DNA of 64,000 nucleotides from IMG/VR virus record IMGVR_UViG_3300037471_000178, positions 1,212 through 65,211 of that record; one strand, written 5' to 3'. A program made the position numbers and the translations under genes. The stretch is from a virus. Its lineage: Duplodnaviria; Caudoviricetes. The notes beneath the pieces are model-generated. The model was not told the DNA's origin. It did no database searches and saw nothing but the letters and a program-made list of their open reading frames with translations. Positions 1-8,901 of this stretch are shown piece after piece (the stretch's first letter is position 1; each line of letters starts with the position of its first letter).

Positions 1-316
1 TGCGGAACTCTTCCACGGCTCGCTTGCTTACGTCCTTCTTCAGCATGTGCCACAGGTCATGCTCGCGCACGTACTTCAGAAGCGATTCCCAATCCCCAAC
101 CGTTGCACTGGTCTTGGTGGAGCGGTACACCGTTCCAGCCGCAGTCCGGCATGATGTGCTGTTCGTCTTGGACAGCACCCCGAGCATGGCCACTTCCAGC
201 GTTGACATGGCCTTCTCCAGTTCTGCGACTTCTTCCTCGTACTTCCGCTTTCGTTGATCGCGCTGATCGCGCATCTGCACATACAGTCCTACCATTCGTT
301 CCAGATCGTCGGACAT
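1..316 (-). CDS. Conserved phage replication-module protein, partial (runs off window start)
   Basis: Manual translation MSDDLERMVGLYVQMRDQRDQRKRKYEEEV...TAAGTVYRSTKTSATVGDWESLLKYVREHDLWHMLKKDVSKRAVEEFR; not in the ORF track (no stop inside window); directly downstream of a consensus promoter. Confidence 0.75.
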   Translation of the reverse strand, partial: MSDDLERMVGLYVQMRDQRDQRKRKYEEEVAELEKAMSTLEVAMLGVLSKTNSTSCRTAAGTVYRSTKTSATVGDWESLLKYVREHDLWHMLKKDVSKRAVEEFR

Positions 317-346
317 ACCGAACTCCTTGTGTGATGTTGTACGTCA

Positions 347-375
347 ATTATACAGGCGTGTAAGCCTTGTGTCAA
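347..375 (-). promoter_or_regulatory. Sigma70-type promoter TTGACA-N17-TATAAT
   Basis: Perfect consensus on minus strand; GCTTACA in spacer. Confidence 0.85.
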
Positions 376-408
376 CGGAGTTTCACAGCAACACTTACAC
401 GCCCGCCC

Positions 409-672
409 CTACTTCTTTTTAGCGCTCCACTGATTCCGCGAACGGTTCTCAGTGGCCGACTTCACCCGCCAGTTGCTCGGGTCATTGCTGCCGCCCTTCA
501 TCAGCATTTGCTTGTGGTCAACGTCTTTGCCGTCGCCCTTATGCACCTTGCCTGCCTTCTCCATCTGATAGCGGGCCTTGTTGCGTTCTTCCCGTTTCTT
601 GATCTGCTCGGGCTGGTTCTGATATGCCGCGTCATAAGCTTTCTCATGCGCGGTTCGCGGTCTAGTAGCCAT
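409..672 (-). CDS. Small HNH-like protein
   Basis: DVDHK...GGSN..SNWRV...ENRSRN motif typical of small phage HNH proteins. Confidence 0.65.
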   Translation of the reverse strand: MATRPRTAHEKAYDAAYQNQPEQIKKREERNKARYQMEKAGKVHKGDGKDVDHKQMLMKGGSNDPSNWRVKSATENRSRNQWSAKKK

Positions 673-674
673 AC

Positions 675-1328
675 TTACATACCCCCAATAACAATTTGAA
701 AATCTTCCTGCATGTCGTCGTCCAAGATAACGTCGCAGCCGAACAAGCGCCTTACTGAGTACGACTCATACGGCGAAAAATCTGCTGCATCTTGGTCCAC
801 GACTATTTCATCACAGTTACGCTCGTCGAAGCCAGCAGGAAGAACACGGGGTATCCGGCGAGTGCGGCTGCGTACTGATATGTGTTCGCCTAGCAGCGCG
901 TCAGCGTTGGACCGCAGCACAATCCTGCGCGGCGTCAGCCCCGACTGTTGTACCCGGTCTACCGCATTAACGATCCGGGTATAAAGCGACTCCGACTCGC
1001 TCATCGGCTCTGCCCGAGCCGTAAGGTACGGGTTGTTACTGAACAGCGCTGCTGCGTCGCGTATGCTATTCGGAATCGCCGGACTCTCCCGCGCCCACTC
1101 CCACTGCGGCTGTCGCGGGTACGCTTCCCGCGCCCGTGGCGTGGGCGACGGCTCCAGCGTCCGTCGCTCACCGTTCACATACCATTCTTCCTGATGCGTT
1201 TGGACGTTGAACCGGCGTTCGATGCGGTCATTCTGGCGAGCGCCAAGCAACCGTCGCTGCTCCGCTGTAAGTGTCGCTCCCGATACGCGGGTCGTATAAA
1301 ACTCGGGCGGACGTAGTTCTCGTGGCAT
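675..1328 (-). CDS. Hypothetical protein
   Basis: 217 aa ORF tightly packed between helicase and HNH gene. Confidence 0.6.
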   Translation of the reverse strand: MPRELRPPEFYTTRVSGATLTAEQRRLLGARQNDRIERRFNVQTHQEEWYVNGERRTLEPSPTPRAREAYPRQPQWEWARESPAIPNSIRDAAALFSNNPYLTARAEPMSESESLYTRIVNAVDRVQQSGLTPRRIVLRSNADALLGEHISVRSRTRRIPRVLPAGFDERNCDEIVVDQDAADFSPYESYSVRRLFGCDVILDDDMQEDFQIVIGGM

Positions 1329-1329
1329 G

Positions 1330-2877
1330 TCATTTTCCTTTCAAAATGTCTAACAACAAACCTTGCATCTTCCCTTGATTCTTCAGGCGGTCATACGCCC
1401 TGCGCTCTATGTCGCTGCCCTCAAGGTGGGCAATCAACGTGTTCAGCTTTTGCCCCGGTCGCACAATGCGGGCATTCGCCTGTTCGTAAATCTCGTTGCT
1501 CATCGTCGGCGCGTACCAAACGATGGTCGATGCCGCTGTCAGCGTTAGCCCATGCGACATGGCCCCCGGATTCGCCACCAGCACATGTGGGTCCGGTCGC
1601 TTCTGGAAGTCATGGAATATCTTGTCGCGCTCGGTCTTGCTTACCTGCCCATGAATCACCGCGACGCTGTATTCCTTGCTCAGTTCATCAGCCAGATTTT
1701 GCAGGACGCGGGTGTACGGCACGAACACAATGACCTTGCTGCCCGACTCCTCGATGAACTCCTTCAGCGCTTCGATCCGTGGGCCGCTCGGCACCACGAT
1801 AGTCTCGCCATTGTTGCCATACACCGCACCGCATGCGATCTGCAGCAGCTTGCCCGCCTTGACCGCTTCGTTGACTGCCGTGACTTGGTTCTCACCAAAC
1901 TCCGCTTGCAGCCGCTTCAGCATGTCCTTGTACATCGCTAGCTGTTCCAACGTCATTTCCACTTGGCGGGTGGTATATGTCGTCGGCGGCAAGTCGATGC
2001 ACTCTTCCCGGCTAAAGCGGATAGCCGGTTGCATCGCCTTGCTGACAATCTCCATCGCGTTGTCACGCGGTAGCCACTTGTACGGTCCTGACTGTCGCAT
2101 CACCAGTTCGCGGAACGCGCCGAAATAGGGTGGCACATTCCTCGGGCTGATGAGCTTGCACTGCGCCCACGCATCGGTCGGTGCTTTCGGCGTCGGCGTA
2201 CCTGTCATGCCCCACACATACATGCGGCCCTTGATCAGCTTTTGCAGCGCCTTCCACCGGCTCGTACTGGAGTTGCGGAACGCTGCAAACTCATCTACGC
2301 AAACGATATCAATGTCATGACGCTCGCATAGCGCGGCCAGTACTTCAGCAGATTTGATCCCGTCATGATTGATGATGTAAATATCAAAGTCCGTATTGAT
2401 CAGCTTTAGTCGCTTGTCCTTCGTCCCGTGTAGGGTCGTAAAAGTCAGCTCTGGGAAATTGCAAAATATCTCATCGCCCCATGTTCGCTCCAGCGTAGAA
2501 AGCGGCGCAATCACCAGCATCCGGCGCACCACGCCCTGCCGCTTCAGAAAGTCATACGACCATAGCGAGGCTAGCGTCTTGCCACTGCCCATACCGTTCA
2601 GACAGTATGAGTAGGGATTGAGCGTCAGGAACTCCGCTGTGATCTTCTGATGGATGAACGGTGGATAACGTCCGGGCCAATCATAGTACTTCGTGATTGG
2701 TGCAGGCGCGTCGATCCCCAAGTTTCGCAAAACCCTAACTTCATCATTCCTATGGGGCACGGCAACCAGCTCCTTGCCCCGATATTGAATGAGCCGAGCG
2801 GACGGTATTACCGTCATGACGCGACTCGGCTCACTCAGATTAAGCACGATTTTCTGATGCTTTTCCGAGATAAGCAC
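1330..2877 (-). CDS. SNF2-family (SF2) DNA helicase
   Basis: GMGSGKT (Walker A), DEFAAF, MTGTP, HGLTLTAA, QANARIVRPGQ motifs. Confidence 0.92.
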   Translation of the reverse strand: MLISEKHQKIVLNLSEPSRVMTVIPSARLIQYRGKELVAVPHRNDEVRVLRNLGIDAPAPITKYYDWPGRYPPFIHQKITAEFLTLNPYSYCLNGMGSGKTLASLWSYDFLKRQGVVRRMLVIAPLSTLERTWGDEIFCNFPELTFTTLHGTKDKRLKLINTDFDIYIINHDGIKSAEVLAALCERHDIDIVCVDEFAAFRNSSTSRWKALQKLIKGRMYVWGMTGTPTPKAPTDAWAQCKLISPRNVPPYFGAFRELVMRQSGPYKWLPRDNAMEIVSKAMQPAIRFSREECIDLPPTTYTTRQVEMTLEQLAMYKDMLKRLQAEFGENQVTAVNEAVKAGKLLQIACGAVYGNNGETIVVPSGPRIEALKEFIEESGSKVIVFVPYTRVLQNLADELSKEYSVAVIHGQVSKTERDKIFHDFQKRPDPHVLVANPGAMSHGLTLTAASTIVWYAPTMSNEIYEQANARIVRPGQKLNTLIAHLEGSDIERRAYDRLKNQGKMQGLLLDILKGK

Positions 2878-2896
2878 GACAACTCCTTGTGTCTAA

Positions 2897-3103
2897 TTAT
2901 TCAAGTTCCGACTGGCAAATAACGCAGCGCACTTTCCCAAGTGCCAATCTCCCCGGAGGGATTTCATCTTCGCATTCAACGCAGTCCTTGCCGTTGAAAC
3001 GCGGGTCTTTCTCTGGGCGCATGGCTCGTTCGATCCTGTGCCTTGCTGCTTCGCGTTCGGCCTGTTCCAGCTCCGAAGCGCGTTCCATCATCCACTCATC
3101 CAT
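2897..3103 (-). CDS. TraR/DksA C4-type zinc-finger protein
   Basis: N-terminal D..ASELEQAERE helix plus CVECEDEIPPGRL...RCVICQ. Confidence 0.85.
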   Translation of the reverse strand: MDEWMMERASELEQAEREAARHRIERAMRPEKDPRFNGKDCVECEDEIPPGRLALGKVRCVICQSELE

Positions 3104-3281
3104 GCTGCGTCTTCCTTAGTGTAACCGCAGCTTCGATGGCTTGCATAGCTAACCGATCCAACTGCGTTGCCAGCACATGCGCTGGCTCGTCGGGCGTGTT
3201 GTTCAGAAGGCTCTGAAGGTGGACAACCATATCAGCGATGTACTTGCGATCCATCACGTTAGTCAGCGTGTTCTTATTCAC
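3096..3281 (-). CDS. Hypothetical protein
   Basis: 61 aa ORF overlapping both neighbours in operon fashion. Confidence 0.55.
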   Translation of the reverse strand: MNKNTLTNVMDRKYIADMVVHLQSLLNNTPDEPAHVLATQLDRLAMQAIEAAVTLRKTQHG

Positions 3282-3615
3282 TTACTTCTCCCAAAAGAAA
3301 TATTGAACTCAGCTCGGATGCATCACGCACGACGAACGCCTTTCCACCTGCCGCACGAATCTCTTCCATGCGCAATATCTGATTTGCTGTCGGCTCGCCC
3401 TTCGGGGCTTTGGCTTCAATGAAGATACTGAAGCCCATAAATACGATAACAAAGTCGGGGATGCCATGCACCCCCATTCCGTTGCTGACCGGCATGTAGT
3501 ACCAGCCAACAAGTTTATCGGGGCGCTTACCCTGCCGCCCCGCACGCCAGAAGCCGTGGCCATCCAGCCACTTTTTGATATCGGCCTTCACACGGCCTTC
3601 CGGCGTCATTGCCAT
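3274..3615 (-). CDS. VRR-NUC domain nuclease (Holliday junction resolvase-like)
   Basis: PEGRVK...GIPDF...IEAKAPKGEPTANQ...AAGG motif. Confidence 0.85.
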   Translation of the reverse strand: MAMTPEGRVKADIKKWLDGHGFWRAGRQGKRPDKLVGWYYMPVSNGMGVHGIPDFVIVFMGFSIFIEAKAPKGEPTANQILRMEEIRAAGGKAFVVRDASELSSIFLLGEVSE

Positions 3616-3788
3616 TATTCTTGTTCCTGCAAGAACGGCGTTTCCATCAGAGGCAAGGTTTCAGCCATTGCGTCCAGTATCAGCGCCATACGCGCCACCA
3701 GTTCCTTCTCTCGTTCCGTCGCTTCCATATCCATATCAACGCTGGTAATCAGTTCCTCGTTGGTCAGGTGCCCAAAGGTTGCGTACAT
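3615..3788 (-). CDS. Small acidic hypothetical protein (57 aa)
   Basis: Manual translation MYATFGHLTNEELITSVD...; GGAGG RBS; stop overlaps the next start (TAATG). Confidence 0.6.
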   Translation of the reverse strand: MYATFGHLTNEELITSVDMDMEATEREKELVARMALILDAMAETLPLMETPFLQEQE

Positions 3789-3791
3789 CGT

Positions 3792-4457
3792 CTATCCTCC
3801 ACAAAATTCACACAGCTTCTTGCCTACCGGACACCACTCCCGGCACAGGCCACTTGGTTTCGGCGGAAAATCGCCACTTTTCGCCGCGTGTTCGATGCGC
3901 TGGACACGGGTGGTGAACTCTTGCCAGATCGCGGGTACATCGTCCGGCGTAAATTCATCGTTATCGACTCGTTCGTGGCCGAGCCACACGAATCCTGTTT
4001 TGACTTTCTCAAGCTGCGGCATCTGCATGAACGCGGTCGCTGCAAACAACTTCAACTGGTCGCTGTCCGGCTTGGGTTTCCCGGTCTTCCAGTCCAGAAT
4101 GATCGCCGTTTTCGGCTGCACGATGGCAACGTCCCAGACTGCCCGCAGCCATACATCACGCGCAAAAAAAGTGGTGGGCTTGAAGTCTCGGGTCATGCCG
4201 ATCTTCTGCTCCACCATCTTCTTTCCCGGCGTCATCGCCACCCGCTTCACGATGGGCGCATAGTCCATGTACTTCGTGGGCAAGGCTTGCTGGCCCGACA
4301 CAGCCAGCTCCAGCGCCTTGTGTACCTCGTTTCCATGGAGCGTCGCTTTCGTCTGCGGCTCCTGCACAGCCTTACTTACTTTTGTCAGGTAGTATCTACG
4401 CGGACACGTTTCAAACGCGGTCAGTGCAGAGTAACTCCAAGTAATCGGTTTATTCAT
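3792..4457 (-). CDS. PD-(D/E)XK (Cas4/RecB-like) exonuclease
   Basis: WSYSAL..FETCPRRY, GNEVH, DVA...ILDWKTGK, QL..FA, C..CP..C; start reassigned to MNKPITW. Confidence 0.85.
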   Translation of the reverse strand: MNKPITWSYSALTAFETCPRRYYLTKVSKAVQEPQTKATLHGNEVHKALELAVSGQQALPTKYMDYAPIVKRVAMTPGKKMVEQKIGMTRDFKPTTFFARDVWLRAVWDVAIVQPKTAIILDWKTGKPKPDSDQLKLFAATAFMQMPQLEKVKTGFVWLGHERVDNDEFTPDDVPAIWQEFTTRVQRIEHAAKSGDFPPKPSGLCREWCPVGKKLCEFCGG

Positions 4458-4646
4458 TGTTGTCCCGCGTGTCCCACGCCACCAAACATTTGAGCAAAAT
4501 ATAGCACAGCCTGTCAGCAAAACCACTACAAAGTATGTCAGACGTTTCACACCGCAAGATTAACTTAAAGTGATCTTGCGCGGATTTGCATTTTATGCTG
4601 TGCCGCCATCGTGTTACGCGGGAGACAGTGTAACGTAAAAAACTTC

Positions 4647-4676
4647 TTGCGCTTCCATTTTTACTTGGGCTACCAT
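4647..4676 (+). promoter_or_regulatory. Possible sigma70 promoter TTGCGC-N18-TACCAT
   Basis: Near-consensus hexamers with an A-tract upstream, facing a plus-strand terminator about 100 nt away. Confidence 0.4.
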
Positions 4677-4682
4677 AGAAGC

Positions 4683-4779
4683 GTTCTCGCGGCTAGACTC
4701 GTTCCCTAGCCAGTCCGTCAGGACAACCCTTGTGTTGAAAGCTCCTCAAGGCCCGCCCCTCCAAGCGGGCCTCTTTTTT
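4683..4779 (+). ncRNA. Candidate ~100 nt small RNA
   Basis: Promoter-like element, internal hairpin GGCTAG/CTAGCC and intrinsic terminator; no ORF. Confidence 0.3.
4749..4779 (+). terminator. Intrinsic terminator
   Basis: AGGCCCGC-ccctccaa-GCGGGCCT followed by CTTTTTT. Confidence 0.75.
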
Positions 4780-5371
4780 ATGCGCGGCGCATCCGGGCAA
4801 GGATCACCGCACCGATGGATAGCGTCATCAACGCTCCCGGCTCCGGCAGTTCGGTCGGATCACCGGCCCGGATAACCGGGCTAATCGCAGTCCAGCTATC
4901 GGATTTGAACGTCAGGTTGTCCATCCCCATCGTATTCAGTTCTAGCCCGTTGATCTGTCCGTTGCCATACATAGTGAAGTAGTGGTCGGACGGCAGGTTG
5001 TACCACTTGAACCCGGCGTCATCTATCCACACCGCGTCCATGCGGTAGTCGTTTGCCAGCGCGTAAGAAAACGCGCCCCACCGGAACGCTTGCACGTAGC
5101 CCTGAAAGCTGATCTGCGACAGATCGGCATGCGTATCAAACGATACCCGCGATGCCCCCTCCAAGAATGCGCCGTTGTCGCCGTACCGAACTCGCCCGCC
5201 GTTGAAATAGATGCCGTAGTTCGGGCCACTATTGCCGCAGCTATCGGTGCCACCTGCGTAATACCCTTGCACCAGCCCATAGTCGCACACACCATCGAAG
5301 GTCAGTACCGGCCCTGCCAGCGCCGATGCAGTCATGATTGATGCTGCGAGTCCCATCAGTTTGCCTTTCAT
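4778..5371 (-). CDS. PEP-CTERM sorting-signal protein
   Basis: Signal peptide MKGKLMGLAASIMTASALA; C-terminus ELPEPGALMTLSIGAVILARMRRA = PEP motif + TM helix + basic tail. Confidence 0.88.
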   Translation of the reverse strand: MKGKLMGLAASIMTASALAGPVLTFDGVCDYGLVQGYYAGGTDSCGNSGPNYGIYFNGGRVRYGDNGAFLEGASRVSFDTHADLSQISFQGYVQAFRWGAFSYALANDYRMDAVWIDDAGFKWYNLPSDHYFTMYGNGQINGLELNTMGMDNLTFKSDSWTAISPVIRAGDPTELPEPGALMTLSIGAVILARMRRA

Positions 5372-5382
5372 TTTCAGCTCCA

Positions 5383-5410
5383 GAAAAAGAAAGCCCGTCC
5401 TAAGACGGGC
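5383..5410 (-). terminator. Intrinsic terminator
   Basis: GCCCGTC-ttag-GACGGGC then TTTCTTTTT on minus strand. Confidence 0.75.
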
Positions 5411-5433
5411 ATTAATGGCTCCCTTGTCACGGC

Positions 5434-6081
5434 TTAATGTGCGTGGAGTTGCCGCCGTTTGGCCTTTTCCTCCATTGCGTCAAGTTCCCGGTCGATGGTT
5501 AGGCGGAACGCTTCAACCACTTCCCGCGCTTCCTTCCGGGTTAGCCTCCCATCTGGCTTGGTCGCCTGTGCCGCCTCTAGTGCCGCCAGCCGACGTTGCG
5601 CCCACTGTGACCACATCTTGCTGGTAAAGTCCAAGCGGGCCTGACCAGTCAGTTGTGCATGCGGCGGGCGCAGCATGTTTTCAATCTTCACCAAACGACG
5701 CAGACGCTCACGCATCGCTGCCACGTATCCGCGATTCGCTTCAGCAGCAATCTCTCGCTGCTCCTCCTGCCAGATGGCTCGCTCAATATCAGTCTCGCCG
5801 TTAAGCAGAGCCTTGAGCGATGTGTATGGCAGGTTGCGATTTGCCCGCTTGCGCATAATCAGACGAACCACGGCACGAAATGCGGTGGAATCATTTGATG
5901 CCAATTCCAGCAATGGGTTATACACGGAGAGTTCCCCTGCAAATCTTACAGAGTCTCCCGGAATTTCCAGTACGCTTTTCAGACGTTTCACCATGTCATC
6001 AATATCGCGTCGCTGGACCAGTTCTCCCACTGGCTGAATTAGTTGATTAGCGGAAGCTTTCGTTTCGTTAATAGTGTGCAT
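5434..6081 (-). CDS. Hypothetical helical protein
   Basis: 215 aa ORF followed by a terminator. Confidence 0.6.
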   Translation of the reverse strand: MHTINETKASANQLIQPVGELVQRRDIDDMVKRLKSVLEIPGDSVRFAGELSVYNPLLELASNDSTAFRAVVRLIMRKRANRNLPYTSLKALLNGETDIERAIWQEEQREIAAEANRGYVAAMRERLRRLVKIENMLRPPHAQLTGQARLDFTSKMWSQWAQRRLAALEAAQATKPDGRLTRKEAREVVEAFRLTIDRELDAMEEKAKRRQLHAH

Positions 6082-6163
6082 GTGTTGCCCCGTTCTATTA
6101 AATTTTATCCTTATTGGTTGCAGTGTAAGCGCTAATTACTGTTCAGCGCTATCGGAGGTTGTC

Positions 6164-8077
6164 CTACTTTGCTTCTCCATAGCGATCTGCCACGTCCCCT
6201 TCTGACCATGTAACCAAATCAGGCCACCATACCGGAGGCGTCCTGAAGATACACTGCAAGTATTCGAGTTTTTCTACCGCAGTTTGTTCCTTCTCAATGA
6301 ATACAATTTCGTCATAAACCCGCAAACAAGACGTAATTCCCGTTTCTATATAGAAACGCGCATCGGCTTCCACCATTACATCACGCGCCAAAGCTTGCAC
6401 AATATTCTCGACCATTTTCCCGCCGTAAATATATGCCTTGTGCCTGCCGTGGGCATAAACCCATTGCTGCTTTCCGTCGTTCTTATTCACTTCCATTCGC
6501 AAATCGGGGTAACGAATTATCCTTCCTGAAGGCAATACAATTCCCTCTTTGCAGGTATGCGTTAATCCCCACGGATCAATCGCAATTTCCTTTCCTTCTT
6601 TAATGGCCCGCAGCATATCCTGACACCGATACCATCCGTTCTGAATCTCGGGATGCTCGCGCCGCCATTCAACCACCGCATGCTGTGCCTGTTCATCCGT
6701 GAGCACCACGTTGCCCATCGTCTTCGCAACGCCACGGAAGGTCTTGCCGCCAGCACCGAATCCCAGACCGAGCGCTTTGACTTTCTCAAGTTGTCTCTGA
6801 TCTTTTGATACTTCATCCGGCGCACAGCCATACAACTTCACCGCTGCCATGCGATACAGGTCCGCGTCTGCCTTCTCCTGCCACATGCGCGTCGAGTACG
6901 GGACTTTCCACAGGAAGTGATTCACCCGCAACTCGATGCCGGACAAGTCAGCCACGCACACCTTGTAACCCTTCGGCGCACACAGCGACATGCGCAGCGC
7001 ATCGCTAGGCCGGGGAATCTGGCCAATCCTCGGCAGGTTCAGCATGTTGTACTGCTCGCCGCTATCCCTGCCCGTGGTGTCCGCGCCGCAGTACCGGATC
7101 GGCACCGGCAGCTTCCCGCCACAGGCTCGCCCTGCCCGGATGAACTTCTGGATGCGCGTTTCTAGCAGGGTGGACTTCACCCCGAGCCGTGCGCCAGCCA
7201 GCGTTGCCACCGTCAGATCGTCGCTCTCCAGCAGGGCCAGCATGCCTTCGTCGTTCTTGGCTAGCGCCGGGATCATCACGCCTTCCTTCTTCGGGCTTGG
7301 CTTCAGCGGTACTTCACAGCCAATCGCCTCCAGCATGGCGGCGAACTTCGGTGCCGACGCAATATCGCCCTTCAGCACTTCCAGCATCGCTTCCTCGGAG
7401 TCGTCCTGCCACTCCCGGCCAAGCATGTCAGCCACATTCAGCAGGGCACGGCGCTTCATTTCCTGCACTTCTTCCAGCGTCGATTCCAGCATGCCGAAGT
7501 CCAGCACGAACTGCGGGTTCACCAGCTTTTCTACCAGCAGATGAATCTGCAGCATTTCCCGCGCCCCGATGCGCTTGCTGAAATTCTTGAACAACGCATA
7601 GCACTGGTCGGTGTCCATCGCGTTGTACACAGCCATCGCATCCAGTTCTTCCTGCGTGAAGTCGCACAGGTGCTTGCCCTTCGTATTCAGCAGGATCGTG
7701 TTGTCCTTCTCGCCTAACCCGTACTCCTTCACCAGTGCGGCCAGCGACACGCCACAGGTCTTGGCATGGTAGGGCCGCGCCATCGCCGCCGTACATGCCC
7801 ACATGCGGGGCTGGATGCCGAATCGCCAGCGCACGATCATGCTGTCGAAGCCGCTCATGTTGTGCCCGACACAGATGGCTTGCGTCCAATCAATGTCGTT
7901 CAGTGCCATGCGTACATTTGCTTCGCCGAAGTACACATTCGTCTGGCCATCGTTGATCTTGATGGCGCACGAAATGATTTCGGTGTCCGGGTGCATCACG
8001 TATTCGGTCGGCGGCATCTTGGTCAGCGAGTGCGTCACCGACCAATAGCTTTCAAAATCCAATGTGACAATGTTCAT
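6164..8077 (-). CDS. DNA polymerase family A with 3'-5' exonuclease domain
   Basis: TLDFES (ExoI), VGHNMSGFD (ExoII), DLSGIELRV (motif A), RQLEKVKALGLGFG (motif B), VYDE (motif C); start reassigned to MNIVTLDFES. Confidence 0.92.
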   Translation of the reverse strand: MNIVTLDFESYWSVTHSLTKMPPTEYVMHPDTEIISCAIKINDGQTNVYFGEANVRMALNDIDWTQAICVGHNMSGFDSMIVRWRFGIQPRMWACTAAMARPYHAKTCGVSLAALVKEYGLGEKDNTILLNTKGKHLCDFTQEELDAMAVYNAMDTDQCYALFKNFSKRIGAREMLQIHLLVEKLVNPQFVLDFGMLESTLEEVQEMKRRALLNVADMLGREWQDDSEEAMLEVLKGDIASAPKFAAMLEAIGCEVPLKPSPKKEGVMIPALAKNDEGMLALLESDDLTVATLAGARLGVKSTLLETRIQKFIRAGRACGGKLPVPIRYCGADTTGRDSGEQYNMLNLPRIGQIPRPSDALRMSLCAPKGYKVCVADLSGIELRVNHFLWKVPYSTRMWQEKADADLYRMAAVKLYGCAPDEVSKDQRQLEKVKALGLGFGAGGKTFRGVAKTMGNVVLTDEQAQHAVVEWRREHPEIQNGWYRCQDMLRAIKEGKEIAIDPWGLTHTCKEGIVLPSGRIIRYPDLRMEVNKNDGKQQWVYAHGRHKAYIYGGKMVENIVQALARDVMVEADARFYIETGITSCLRVYDEIVFIEKEQTAVEKLEYLQCIFRTPPVWWPDLVTWSEGDVADRYGEAK

Positions 8078-8529
8078 AGGAACCGTTGGATGATCTGATT
8101 CACTTGCGATTGGGAAATGCGGAAGCCCTGCGCCAACTGGTGCTGCGTCCACTCCCGCGTCTTGTAATACTGCGCGATGGTACGCTTCTGCTCCTCGTTG
8201 TACGGCGGCTGCCAGCCATGATCCGGCAGTGGGGTTTTCTCTGCCTTGAGCGAACGCGAGTTCGGAACAACGACAAAGTGCGCCGGGTTGCAGCAGCTCT
8301 TGTTGCCGCACTTCTGCTTCACGAATCCACCGTCACGCCCCTTCATCACGGGGTCGCTGAGTAAGCCAGCGTAGTACGCGGCCAGCCGGTGGGCACGATA
8401 CGACACGCCTCCATAAATAAGCTGACCGTAGCCACGGTTCAGGAAACCCATGAAAGGCCAGCATGCGTCCGGGCCACCGCGCTTGTCAACGCGCCTCCAG
8501 AAGTACTTCTCTAGTCTGTTTGCAGTCAT
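8074..8529 (-). CDS. HNH (Cys-His box-like) endonuclease with C-terminal HTH
   Basis: CWPFMG..GYGQL..AHRLA..CGNKSCCNPAH; TQHQLAQGFRISQSQVNQI. Confidence 0.75.
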   Translation of the reverse strand: MTANRLEKYFWRRVDKRGGPDACWPFMGFLNRGYGQLIYGGVSYRAHRLAAYYAGLLSDPVMKGRDGGFVKQKCGNKSCCNPAHFVVVPNSRSLKAEKTPLPDHGWQPPYNEEQKRTIAQYYKTREWTQHQLAQGFRISQSQVNQIIQRFL

Positions 8530-8553
8530 GAAATCACTCCGTTGTCATTTGAC

Positions 8554-8901
8554 TTACATCGAGAGGGACAAACCCCCAACGACCAAGTATTTGTCCCGCG
8601 TCATTTCCGCAGGACCGTTGCCAAATAATGCAGCCACCAACTCATCGCGCTTGGCTGGTGCCTGATACCCTGCCTCCGGTACAGCCCGGTACACCCGCAG
8701 CTTCGCCGTTGACCCGACACCATCCTCCAACCAGCCCCTACGCAGCAACCGAACAATGTATGCCCGCATCGTACTGAAAGGGATATCCATGTCGGTTGCC
8801 ATCTGTTTCATCGTGCGTTCCTGCCTGCGGAACTCGTCCATCACCTTCGCCAGTTTCCATTCCAGTTCATCGTTGCGGCCTTCGTCCATCATCGACTCCA
8901 A
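8554..8901 (-). CDS. Winged-HTH-like DNA-binding protein
   Basis: TMKQMATDMDIPFSTMRAYIVRLLRRGWLE...RVYRA. Confidence 0.6.
   Translation of the reverse strand: MESMMDEGRNDELEWKLAKVMDEFRRQERTMKQMATDMDIPFSTMRAYIVRLLRRGWLEDGVGSTAKLRVYRAVPEAGYQAPAKRDELVAALFGNGPAEMTRDKYLVVGGLSLSM
8565..8597. repeat. 33-bp bipartite inverted repeat, copy 1 (intragenic)
   Basis: GGGACAAACCC-N11-GTATTTGTCCC. Confidence 0.8.

Noticed and set aside
3792-4457. Cas4-like nuclease as part of a CRISPR system
   Set aside because: Solo PD-(D/E)XK exonuclease in a standard phage replication module; no array or other cas genes.
6164-8311. 715 aa polymerase with N-terminal extension, as in the ORF track
   Set aside because: The extension overlaps the HNH gene; true start MNIVTLDFES at 8077 overlaps the HNH stop (ATGA coupling).
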